A DNA stretch of 64,000 nt from Macrostomum hystrix. Its lineage: Eukaryota; Animalia; Platyhelminthes. The position numbers were made by a program, and so were the translations under genes. Location: assembly GCA_950097015.1 (NCBI GenBank), contig CATNEN010000031.1, positions 1 through 64,000 on the forward strand. Reading direction: 5' to 3'. Position 1 is the stretch's first letter, and the number at the start of each line of letters is the position of its first letter. The notes under the pieces are model-generated. The model made no database searches and had not been told where the DNA came from. It was given only the letters and a program-made list of their open reading frames with translations. Shown in pieces: positions 15,001 through 26,856 of the stretch.

Positions 15001-18000
15001 CACAGAGTATTGGCGCTGATGGCAATTTGCTGGATTGAAAAAAGCCTTCACGTTTACCAACACTCACAGTGTGCAGTGCAGTGTGCAGTGCAGATGGCAA
15101 TGCAGGAAAAACATCGAAGTGTGCGCTGTATATAAGTTCCGGCTAGCTTTTCTCATAAATCGTAGTTACTTGCTAAATAAGCACTTGAAACAGGCTTTCA
15201 CAGGTCTAGCTTCTTGCTTGACAATGAAGAGTTTTAAGAACAATTAAAGCACCTTTTACGCGCTGAAGAACAGCTTGGCGCGTGCTGCTTGCAAGGAGTG
15301 CGTTACGCTGCTCATTCAGCACAGAGTATTGGCGCTGATGGCAATTTGCTGGATTGAAAAAAGCCTTCACGTTTACCAACACTCACAGTGTGCAGTGCAG
15401 GGTGCAGTGCAGATGGCAATGCAGGAAAAACATCGAAGTGTGCGCTGTATATAAGTTCCAGCTAGCTTTTCTCATGAATCGTAGTATGTTGCTAAAGAAG
15501 CACTTAAAACTGGCTTTCACAGGTCTAGCTTCTTGCTTGATAATGTAGATTTTTAAGAACAATTAAAGCACATTTTACGCGCTCAAGAACAGCTTGGCAA
15601 GTGCTGCTTGCAAGGAGTGCGTTTCGCTGCTAATTCAGCACAGAGTATTGGCGCTGATGGCAATTTGCTGGATTGAAAAATGTGTTTAACATTACCAGCA
15701 CTCACAGTGTGCAGGAAGATGGCAATGCAGGGCCGACATCGAGCTTGCGCTACACATAAGTTCCAGCTAGCTTTTCTCATGAATCGTAGTTTGCTGCTTT
15801 ATTAGCACGTAATACAGGCTTTCACAGGTCTAGCTTCTTGCTTGACAATGAAGAGTTTTAAGAACAATTAAAGCACCTTTTACGCGCTGAAGAACAGCTT
15901 GGCGCGTGCTGCTTGCAAGGAGTGCGTTTCGCTACTAATTCAGCACAGAGTATTGGCGCTGATGGCAATTTGCTGGATTGAAAAAAGCCTTCACGTTTAC
16001 CAACACTCACAGTGTGCAGTGCAGTGTGCAGTGCAGATGGCAATGCAGGAAAAACATCGAAGTGTGCGCTGTATATAAGTTCCGGCTAGCTTTTCTCATA
16101 AATCGTAGTTACTTGCTAAATAAGCACTTGAAACAGGCTTTCACAGGTCTAGCTTCTTGCTTGACAATGAAGAGTTTTAAGAACAATTAAAGCACCTTTT
16201 ACGCGCTGAAGAACAGCTTGGCGCGTGCTGCTTGCAAGGAGTGCGTTACGCTGCTCATTCAGCACAGAGTATTGGCGCTGATGGCAATTTGCTGGATTGA
16301 AAAAAGCCTTCACGTTTACCAACACTCACAGTGTGCAGTGCAGGGTGCAGTGCAGATGGCAATGCAGGAAAAACATCGAAGTGTGCGCTGTATATAAGTT
16401 CCAGCTAGCTTTTCTCATGAATCGTAGTATGTTGCTAAAGAAGCACTTAAAACTGGCTTTCACAGGTCTAGCTTCTTGCTTGATAATGTAGATTTTTAAG
16501 AACAATTAAAGCACATTTTACGCGCTCAAGAACAGCTTGGCAAGTGCTGCTTGCAAGGAGTGCGTTTCGCTGCTAATTCAGCACAGAGTATTGGCGCTGA
16601 TGGCAATTTGCTGGATTGAAAAATGTGTTTAACATTACCAGCACTCACAGTGTGCAGGAAGATGGCAATGCAGGGCTGACATCGAGCTTGCGCTACACAT
16701 AAGTTCCAGCTAGCTTTTCTCATGAATCGTAGTTTGCTGCTTTATTAGCACTTAATACAGGCTTTCACAGGTCTAGCTTCTTGCTTGACAATGAAGAGTT
16801 TTAAGAACAATTAAAGCACCTTTTACGCGCTGAAGAACAGCTTGGCGCGTGCTGCTTGCAAGGAGTGCGTTTCGCTACTAATTCAGCACAGAGTATTGGC
16901 GCTGATGGCAATTTGCTGGATTGAAAAAAGCCTTCACGTTTACCAACACTCACAGTGTGCAGTGCAGTGTGCAGTGCAGATGGCAATGCAGGAAAAACAT
17001 CGAAGTGTGCGCTGTATATAAGTTCCAGCTAGCTTTTCTCATGAATCGTAGTATGTTGCTAAATAAGCACTTAAAACTGGCTTTCACAGGTCTAGCTTCT
17101 TGCTTGACAATGAAGAGTTTTAAGAACAATTAAAGCACATTTTACGCGCTCAAGAACAGCTTGGCAAGTGCTGCTTGCAAGGAGTGCGTTTCGCTACTAA
17201 TTCAGCACAGAGTATTGGCGCTGATGGCAATTTGCTGGATTGAAAAATGTGTTTAACATTACCAGCACTCACAGTGTGCAGGAAGATGGCAATGCAGGGC
17301 CGACATCGAGCTTGCGCTACACATAAGTTCCAGCTAGCTTTTCTCATGAATCGTAGTTTGCTGCTTTATTAGCACTTAATACAGGCTTTCACAGGTCTAG
17401 CTTCTTGCTTGACAATGAAGAGTTTTAAGAACAATTAAAGCACCTTTTACGCGCTGAAGAACAGCTTGGCGCGTGCTGCTTGCAAGGAGTGCGTTTCGCT
17501 ACTAATTCAGCACAGAGTATTGGCGCTGATGGCAATTTGCTGGATTGAAAAAAGCCTTCACGTTTACCAACACTCACAGTGTGCAGTGCAGTGTGCAGTG
17601 CAGATGGCAATGCAGGAAAAACATCGAAGTGTGCGCTGTATATAAGTTCCGGCTAGCTTTTCTCATAAATCGTAGTTACTTGCTAAATAAGCACTTGATA
17701 CAGGCTTTCACAGGTCTAGCTTCTTGCTTGACAATGAAGAGTTTTAAGAACAATTAAAGCACCTTTTACGCGCTGAAGAACAGCTTGGCGCGTGCTGCTT
17801 GCAAGGAGTGCGTTACGCTGCTCATTCAGCACAGAGTATTGGCGCTGATGGCAATTTGCTGGATTGAAAAAAGCCTTCACGTTTACCAACACTCACAGTG
17901 TGCAGTGCAGGGTGCAGTGCAGATGGCAATGCAGGAAAAACATCGAAGTGTGCGCTGTATATAAGTTCCAGCTAGCTTTTCTCATGAATCGTAGTATGTT

Positions 18001-21000
18001 GCTAAAGAAGCACTTAAAACTGGCTTTCACAGGTCTAGCTTCTTGCTTGATAATGTAGATTTTTAAGAACAATTAAAGCACATTTTACGCGCTCAAGAAC
18101 AGCTTGGCAAGTGCTGCTTGCAAGGAGTGCGTTTCGCTGACTAATTCAGCACAGAGTATTGGCGCTGATGGCAATTTGCTGGATTGAAAAATGTGTTTAA
18201 CATTACCAGCACTCACAGTGTGCAGGAAGATGGCAATGCAGGGCCGACATCGAGCTTGCGCTACACATAAGTTCCAGCTAGCTTTTCTCATGAATCGTAG
18301 TTTGCTGCTTTATTAGCACTTAATACAGGCTTTCACAGGTCTAGCTTCTTGCTTGACAATGAAGAGTTTTAAGAACAATTAAAGCACCTTTTACGCGCTG
18401 AAGAACAGCTTGGCGCGTGCTGCTTGCAAGGAGTGCGTTTACGCTACTAATTCAGCACAGAGTATTGGCGCTGATGGCAATTTGCTGGATTGAAAAAAGC
18501 CTTCACGTTTACCAACACTCACAGTGTGCAGTGCAGTGTGCAGTGCAGATGGCAATGCAGGAAAAACATCGAAGTGTGCGCTGTATATAAGTTCCGGCTA
18601 GCTTTTCTCATAAATCGTAGTTACTTGCTAAATAAGCACTTGAAACAGGCTTTCACAGGTCTAGCTTCTTGCTTGACAATGAAGAGTTTTAAGAACAATT
18701 AAAGCACCTTTTACGCGCTGAAGAACAGCTTGGCGCGTGCTGCTTGCAAGGAGTGCGTTACGCTGCTCATTCAGCACAGAGTATTGGCGCTGATGGCAAT
18801 TTGCTGGATTGAAAAAAGCCTTCACGTTTACCAACACTCACAGTGTGCAGTGCAGGGTGCAGTGCAGATGGCAATGCAGGAAAAACATCGAAGTGTGCGC
18901 TGTATATAAGTTCCAGCTAGCTTTTCTCATGAATCGTAGTATGTTGCTAAAGAAGCACTTAAAACTGGCTTTCACAGGTCTAGCTTCTTGCTTGACAATG
19001 AAGAGTTTTAAGAACAATTAAAGCACCTTTTACGCGCTCAAGAACAGCTTGGCAAGTGCTGCTTGCAAGGAGTGCGTTTCGCTGCTAATTCAGCACAGAG
19101 TATTGGCGCTGATGGCAATTTGCTGGATTGAAAAATGTGTTTAACATTACCAGCACTCACAGTGTGCAGGAAGATGGCAATGCAGGGCCGACATCGAGCT
19201 TGCGCTACACATAAGTTCCAGCTAGCTTTTCTCATGAATCGTAGTTTGCTGCTTTATTAGCACTTAATACAGGCTTTCACAGGTCTAGCTTCTTGCTTGA
19301 CAATGAAGAGTTTTAAGAACAATTAAAGCACCTTTTACGCGCTGAAGAACAGCTTGGCGCGTGCTGCTTGCAAGGAGTGCGTTTCGCTACTAATTCAGCA
19401 CAGAGTATTGGCGCTGATGGCAATTTGCTGGATTGAAAAAAGCCTTCACGTTTACCAACACTCACAGTGTGCAGTGCAGTGTGCAGTGCAGATGGCAATG
19501 CAGGAAAAACATCGAAGTGTGCGCTGTATATAAGTTCCGGCTAGCTTTTCTCATAAATCGTAGTTTGCTGCTTTATTAGCACTTAATACAGGCTTTGACA
19601 GGTCTAGCTTCTTGCTTGACAATGAAGAGTTTTAAGAACAATTAAAGCACCCTTTACGCGCTGAAGAACAGCTTGGCGCGTGCTGCTTGCAAGGAGTGCG
19701 TTACGCTGCTCATTCAGCACAGAGTATTGGCGCTGATGGCAATTTGCTGGATTGAAAAAAGCCTTCACGTTTACCAACACTCACAGTGTGCAGTAAGATG
19801 GCAATGCAGGAAAAACATCGAAGTGTGCGCTGTATATAAGTTCCAGCTAGCTTTTCTCATGAATCGTAGTATGTTGCTAAATAAGCACTTAAAACAGGCT
19901 TTCTAGTTTCTTGCTTGTCTAGCTTCTTGCTTGACAATGAAGAGTTTTAAGAACAATTAAAGCACCTTTTACGCGCTGAAGAACAGCTTGGCGCGTGCTG
20001 CTTGCAAGGAGTGCGTTTCGCTACTAATTCAGCACAGAGTATTGGCGCTGATGGCAATTTGCTGGATTGAAAAAAGCCTTCACGTTTACCAACACTCACA
20101 GTGTGCAGTGCAGTGTGCAGTGCAGATGGCAATGCAGGAAAAACATCGAAGTGTGCGCTGTATATAAGTTCCGGCTAGCTTTTCTCATAAATCGTAGTTA
20201 CTTGCTAAATAAGCACTTGAAACAGGCTTTCACAGGTCTAGCTTCTTGCTTGACAATGAAGAGTTTTAAGAACAATTAAAGCACCTTTTACGCGCTGAAG
20301 AACAGCTTGGCGCGTGCTGCTTGCAAGGAGTGCGTTACGCTGCTCATTCAGCACAGAGTATTGGCGCTGATGGCAATTTGCTGGATTGAAAAAAGCCTTC
20401 ACGTTTACCAACACTCACAGTGTGCAGTGCAGGGTGCAGTGCAGATGGCAATGCAGGAAAAACATCGAAGTGTGCGCTGTATATAAGTTCCAGCTAGCTT
20501 TTCTCATGAATCGTAGTATGTTGCTAAAGAAGCACTTAAAACTGGCTTTCACAGGTCTAGCTTCTTGCTTGATAATGTAGATTTTTAAGAACAATTAAAG
20601 CACATTTTACGTGCTCAAGAACAGCTTGGCAAGTGCTGCTTGCAAGGACTGCGTTTCGCTACTAATTCAGCACAGAGTATTGGCGCTGATGGCAATTTGC
20701 TGGATTGAAAAATGTGTTTAACATTACCAGCACTCACAGTGTGCAGGAAGATGGCAATGCAGGGCCGACATCGAGCTTGCGCTACACATAAGTTCCAGCT
20801 AGCTTTTCTCATGAATCGTAGTTTGCTGCTTTATTAGCACTTAATACAGGCTTTCACAGGTCTAGCTTCTTGCTTGACAATGAAGAGTTTTAAGAACAAT
20901 TAAAGCACCTTTTACGCGCTGAAGAACAGCTTGGCGCGTGCTGCTTGCAAGGAGTGCGTTTACGCTACTAATTCAGCACAGAGTATTGGCGCTGATGGCA

Positions 21001-24000
21001 ATTTGCTGGATTGAAAAAAGCCTTCACGTTTACCAACACTCACAGTGTGCAGTGCAGTGTGCAGTGCAGATGGCAATGCAGGAAAAACATCGAAGTGTGC
21101 GCTGTATATAAGTTCCGGCTAGCTTTTCTCATAAATCGTAGTTACTTGCTAAATAAGCACTTGAAACAGGCTTTCACAGGTCTAGCTTCTTGCTTGACAA
21201 TGAAGAGTTTTAAGAACAATTAAAGCACCTTTTACGCGCTGAAGAACAGCTTGGCGCGTGCTGCTTGCAAGGAGTGCGTTACGCTGCTCATTCAGCACAG
21301 AGTATTGGCGCTGATGGCAATTTGCTGGATTGAAAAAAGCCTTCACGTTTACCAACACTCACAGTGTGCAGTGCAGGGTGCAGTGCAGATGGCAATGCAG
21401 GAAAAACATCGAAGTGTGCGCTGTATATAAGTTCCAGCTAGCTTTTCTCATGAATCGTAGTATGTTGCTAAAGAAGCACTTAAAACTGGCTTTCACAGGT
21501 CTAGCTTCTTGCTTGACTAATGTAAGATTTTTAAGAACAATTAAAGCACCTTTTACGCGCTCAAGAACAGCTTGGCAAGTGCTGCTTGCAAGGAGTGCGT
21601 TTCGCTGCTAATTCAGCACAGAGTATTGGCGCTGATGGCAATTTGCTGGATTGAAAAATGTGTTTAACATTACCAGCACTCACAGTGTGCAGGAAGATGG
21701 CAATGCAGGGCCGACATCGAGCTTGCGCTACACATAAGTTCCAGCTAGCTTTTCTCATGAATCGTAGTTTGCTGCTTTATTAGCACTTAATACAGGCTTT
21801 CACAGGTCTAGCTTCTTGCTTGACAATGAAGAGTTTTAAGAACAATTAAAGCACCTTTTACGCGCTGAAGAACAGCTTGGCGCGTGCTGCTTGCAAGGAG
21901 TGCGTTACGCTGCTAATTCAGCACAGAGTATTGGCGCTGATGGCAATTTGCTGGATTGAAAAAGCCTTCACGTTTAACATACCAGCACTCACAGTGTGCA
22001 GGAAGATGGCAATGCAGGGCCGACATCGAGCTTGCGCTACACATAAGTTCCAGCTAGCTTTTCTCATGAATCGTAGTTTGCTGCTTTATTAGCACTTAAT
22101 ACAGGCTTTCACAGGTCTAGCTTCTTGCTTGACAATGAAGAGTTTTAAGAACAATTAAAGCACCTTTTACGCGCTGAAGAACAGCTTGGCGCGTGCTGCT
22201 TGCAAGGAGTGCGTTACGCTGCTCATTCAGCACAGAGTATTGGCGCTGATGGCAATTTGCTGGATTGAAAAAAGCCTTCACGTTTACCAACACTCACAGT
22301 GTGCAGTAAGATGGCAATGCAGGAAAAACATCGAAGTGTGCGCTGTATATAAGTTCCAGCTAGCTTTTCTCATGAATCGTAGTATGTTGCTAAATAAGCA
22401 CTTAAAACAGGCTTTCTAGTTTCTTGCTTGTCTAGCTTCTTGCTTGACAATGAAGAGTTTTAAGAACAATTAAAGCACCTATTGCGCGCTGAAGAACAGC
22501 TTGGCGCGTGCTGCTTGCAAGGAGTGCGTTTCGCTACTAATTCAGCACAGAGTATTGGCGCTGATGGCAATTTGCTGGATTGAAAAAAGCCTTCACGTTT
22601 ACCAACACTCACAGTGTGCAGTGCAGTGTGCAGTGCAGATGGCAATGCAGGAAAAACATCGAAGTGTGCGCTGTATATAAGTTCCGGCTAGCTTTTCTCA
22701 TAAATCGTAGTTACTTGCTAAATAAGCACTTGAAACAGGCTTTCACAGGTCTAGCTTCTTGCTTGACAATGAAGAGTTTTAAGAACAATTAAAGCACCTT
22801 TTACGCGCTGAAGAACAGCTTGGCGCGTGCTGCTTGCAAGGAGTGCGTTACGCTGCTCATTCAGCACAGAGTATTGGCGCTGATGGCAATTTGCTGGATT
22901 GAAAAAAGCCTTCACGTTTACCAACACTCACAGTGTGCAGTGCAGGGTGCAGTGCAGATGGCAATGCAGGAAAAACATCGAAGTGTGCGCTGTATATAAG
23001 TTCCAGCTAGCTTTTCTCATGAATCGTAGTATGTTGCTAAAGAAGCACTTAAAACTGGCTTTCACAGGTCTAGCTTCTTGCTTGATAATGTAGATTTTTA
23101 AGAACAATTAAAGCACATTTTACGTGCTCAAGAACAGCTTGGCAAGTGCTGCTTGCAAGGAGTGCGTTTCGCTGCTAATTCAGCACAGAGTATTGGCGCT
23201 GATGGCAATTTGCTGGATTGAAAAATGTGTTTAACATTACCAGCACTCACAGTGTGCAGGAAGATGGCAATGCAGGGCCGACATCGAGCTTGCGCTACAC
23301 ATAAGTTCCAGCTAGCTTTTCTCATGAATCGTAGTTTGCTGCTTTATTAGCACTTAATACAGGCTTTCACAGGTCTAGCTTCTTGCTTGACAATGAAGAG
23401 TTTTAAGAACAATTAAAGCACCTTTTACGCGCTGAAGAACAGCTTGGCGCGTGCTGCTTGCAAGGAGTGCGTTTACGCTGCTAATTCAGCACAGAGTATT
23501 GGCGCTGATGGCAATTTGCTGGATTGAAAAAAGCCTTCACGTTTACCAACACTCACAGTGTGCAGTGCAGTGTGCAGTGCAGATGGCAATGCAGGAAAAA
23601 CATCGAAGTGTGCGCTGTATATAAGTTCCGGCTAGCTTTTCTCATGAATCGTAGTTACTTGCTAAATAAGCACTTGAAACAGGCTTTCACCGGTCTAGCT
23701 TCTTGCTTGACAATGAAGAGTTTTAAGAACAATTAAAGCACTTTTTACGCGCTGAAGAACAGCTTGGCGCGTGCTGCTTGCAAGGAGTGCGTTTACGCTA
23801 CTAATTCAGCACAGAGTATTGGCGCTGATGGCAATTTGCTGGATTGAAAAAAGCCTTCACGTTTACCAACACTCACAGTGTGCAGTGCAGTGTGCAGTGC
23901 AGATGGCAATGCAGGAAAAACATCGAAGTGTGCGCTGTATATAAGTTCCGGCTAGCTTTTCTCATAAATCGTAGTTACTTGCTAAATAAGCACTTGAAAC

Positions 24001-26562
24001 AGGCTTTCACAGGTCTAGCTTCTTGCTTGACAATGAAGAGTTTTAAGAACAATTAAAGCACCTTTTACGCGCTGAAGAACAGCTTGGCGCGTGCTGCTTG
24101 CAAGGAGTGCGTTACGCTGCTCATTCAGCACAGAGTATTGGCGCTGATGGCAATTTGCTGGATTGAAAAAAGCCTTCACGTTTACCAACACTCACAGTGT
24201 GCAGTGCAGGGTGCAGTGCAGATGGCAATGCAGGAAAAACATCGAAGTGTGCGCTGTATATAAGTTCCAGCTAGCTTTTCTCATAGAATCGTAGTTACTT
24301 GCTAAATAAGCACTTAAACAGGCTTTCACAGGTCTAGCTTCTTGCTTGACAATGAAGAGTTTTAAGAACAATTAAAGCACCTTTTACGCGCTGAAGAACA
24401 GCTTGGCGCGTGCTGCTTGCAAGGAGTGCGTTACGCTGCTCATTCAGCACAGAGTATTGGCGCTGATGGCAATTTGCTGGATTGAAAAAAGCCTTCACGT
24501 TTACCAACACTCACAGTGTGCAGTGCAGGGTGCAGTGCAGATGGCAATGCAGGAAAAACATCGAAGTGTGCGCTGTATATAAGTTCCAGCTAGCTTTTCT
24601 CATGAATCGTAGTATGTTGCTAAAGAAGCACTTAATACTGGCTTTCACAGGTCTAGCTTCTTGCTTGACAATGAAGAGTTTTAAGAACAATTAAAGCACC
24701 TTTTACGCGCTGAAGAACAGCTTGGCGCGTGCTGCTTGCAAGGAGTGCGTTACGCTGCTAATTCAGCACAGAGTATTGGCGCTGATGGCAATTTGCTGGA
24801 TTGAAAAAAGCCTTCACGTTTACCAACACTCACAGTGTGCAGTGCAGGGTGCAGTGCAGATGGCAATGCAGGAAAAACATCGAAGTGTGCGCTGTATATA
24901 AGTTCCGGCTAGCTTTTCTCATAAATCGTAGTTACTTGCTAAATAAGCACTTGAAACAGGCTTTCACAGGTCTAGCTTCTTGCTTGACAATGAAGAGTTT
25001 TAAGAACAATTAAAGCACCTTTTACGCGCTGAAGAACAGCTTGGCGCGTGCTGCTTGCAAGGAGTGCGTTTCGCTACTAATTCAGCACAGAGTATTGGCG
25101 CTGATGGCAATTTGCTGGATTGAAAAAAGCCTTCACGTTTACCAACACTCACAGTGTGCAGTGCAGTGTGCAGTGCAGATGGCAATGCAGGAAAAACATC
25201 GAAGTGTGCGCTGTATATAAGTTCCGGCTAGCTTTTCTCATAAATCGTAGTTACTTGCTAAATAAGCACTTGAAACAGGCTTTCACAGGTCTAGCTTCTT
25301 GCTTGACAATGAAGAGTTTTAAGAACAATTAAAGCACCTTTTACGCGCTGAAGAACAGCTTGGCGCGTGCTGCTTGCAAGGAGTGCGTTACGCTGCTCAT
25401 TCAGCACAGAGTATTGGCGCTGATGGCAATTTGCTGGATTGAAAAAAGCCTTCACGTTTACCAACACTCACAGTGTGCAGTGCAGGGTGCAGTGCAGATG
25501 GCAATGCAGGAAAAACATCGAAGTGTGCGCTGTATATAAGTTCCAGCTAGCTTTTCTCATAGATCGTAGTTACTTGCTAAATAAGCACTTAAAACAGGCT
25601 TTCAAAGGTCTAGCTTCTTGCTTGACAATGAAGAGTTTTAAGAACAATTAAAGCACCTTTTACGCGCTGAAGAACAGCTTGGCAAGTGCTGCTTGCAAGG
25701 AGTGCGTTTCGCTGCTAATTCAGCACAGAGTATTGGCGCTGATGGCAATTTGCTGGATTGAAAAAAGCCTTCACGTTTACCAACACTCACAGTGTGCAGT
25801 GCAGGGTGCAGTGCAGATGGCAATGCAGGAAAAACATCGAAGTGTGCGCTGTATATAAGTTCCAGCTAGCTTTTCTCATGAATCGTAGTTATGTTGCTAA
25901 ATAAGCACTTAATACAGGCTTTCACAGGTCTAGCTTCTTGCTTGACAATGAAGAGTTTTAAGAACAATTAAAGCACCTTTTACGCGCTGAAGAACAGCTT
26001 GGCGCGTGCTGCTTGCAAGGAGTGCGTTACGCTGCTCATTCAGCACAGAGTATTGGCGCTGATGGCAATTTGCTGGATTGAAAAAAGCCTTCACGTTTAC
26101 CAACACTCACAGTGTGCAGTGCAGGTGCAGTGCAGATGGCAATGCAGGAAAAACATCGAAGTGTGCGCTGTATATAAGTTCCAGCTAGCTTTTCTCATGA
26201 ATCGTAGTATGTTGCTAAAGAAGCACTTAAAACTGGCTTTCACAGGTCTAGCTTCTTGCTTGACAATGAAGAGTTTTAAGAACAATTAAAGCACCTTTTA
26301 CGCGCTGAAGAACAGCTTGGCGCTAGCTGCTTGCAAGGAGTGCATTACGCTGCTCATTCAGCACAGAGTATTTGCGCTGATGGCAATTTGTTGGATTGAA
26401 AAATGTGTTTAACATTACCAGCACTCACAGTGTGCAGGAAGATGGCAATGCAGGGCCGACATCGAGCTTGCGCTACACATAAGTTCCAGCTAGCTTTTCT
26501 CATGAATCGTAGTTTGCTGCTTTATTAGCACTTAATACAGGCTTTCACAGGTCTAGCTTCTT
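1..26562. repeat. Tandem satellite array, ~84 monomers of ~306-319 bp in three classes (A ~319, B ~318, C ~306), mostly as an ABC ~943 bp higher-order repeat plus BC ~625 bp units; extends beyond the left window edge
   Basis: The anchor aagaacaattaaagcac recurs every ~306-319 bp. Diagnostic blocks: A = ttccggct...cataaatcgtagttacttgctaaataagcacttgaaacagg; B = tacgctgctcattc...agggtgc...gtagtatgttgctaaagaag...gataatgtagattttt; C = caagtgctgc...aaatgtgtttaacattaccagc...gggccgacatcgagcttgcgctacacat. The repeated six-frame ORFs recur at 943, 625 and 319 bp spacings. The array stops at ...gtctagcttctt (26562). Confidence 0.98.
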
Positions 26563-26856
26563 ACTTAGTTTAATCTCAATGCTAAACAATTTATTGTACT
26601 CGTAGATTCGCAGTAATTTAATCCCCGGCATGGCCCAGCCAACAGTCTATGGCTGTCATTTAACTGGCCGGGCCAAGAAATCAGTAATTTAATTGACCGG
26701 GCAATTAAACGCCATATAGCAAAATTCAAAGTTAAGGATAAGCAGAACATAATGAACAGTAATTTATTAGCATGACAGAACAGCACGAACTCAACAGCTG
26801 GCAGATAGACATCACAAGAATTGTTACACGAAATTGTCAAGTCTACACGCTCTTCA

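Noticed and set aside
1-26300. About 90 short ORFs (MKKAFTF..., MRKASW..., MPSALH...) in the ORF track
   Set aside because: They are translations of satellite monomers on both strands, often from TTG/GTG starts. Monomer lengths are not consistently multiples of 3 and there are no recognisable domains.
1-26562. CRISPR-like array or CENP-B box in the satellite
   Set aside because: There are no unique spacers, since the whole unit repeats. The ttcg in gtttcgctactaattc does not fit TTCGNNNNANNCGGG.
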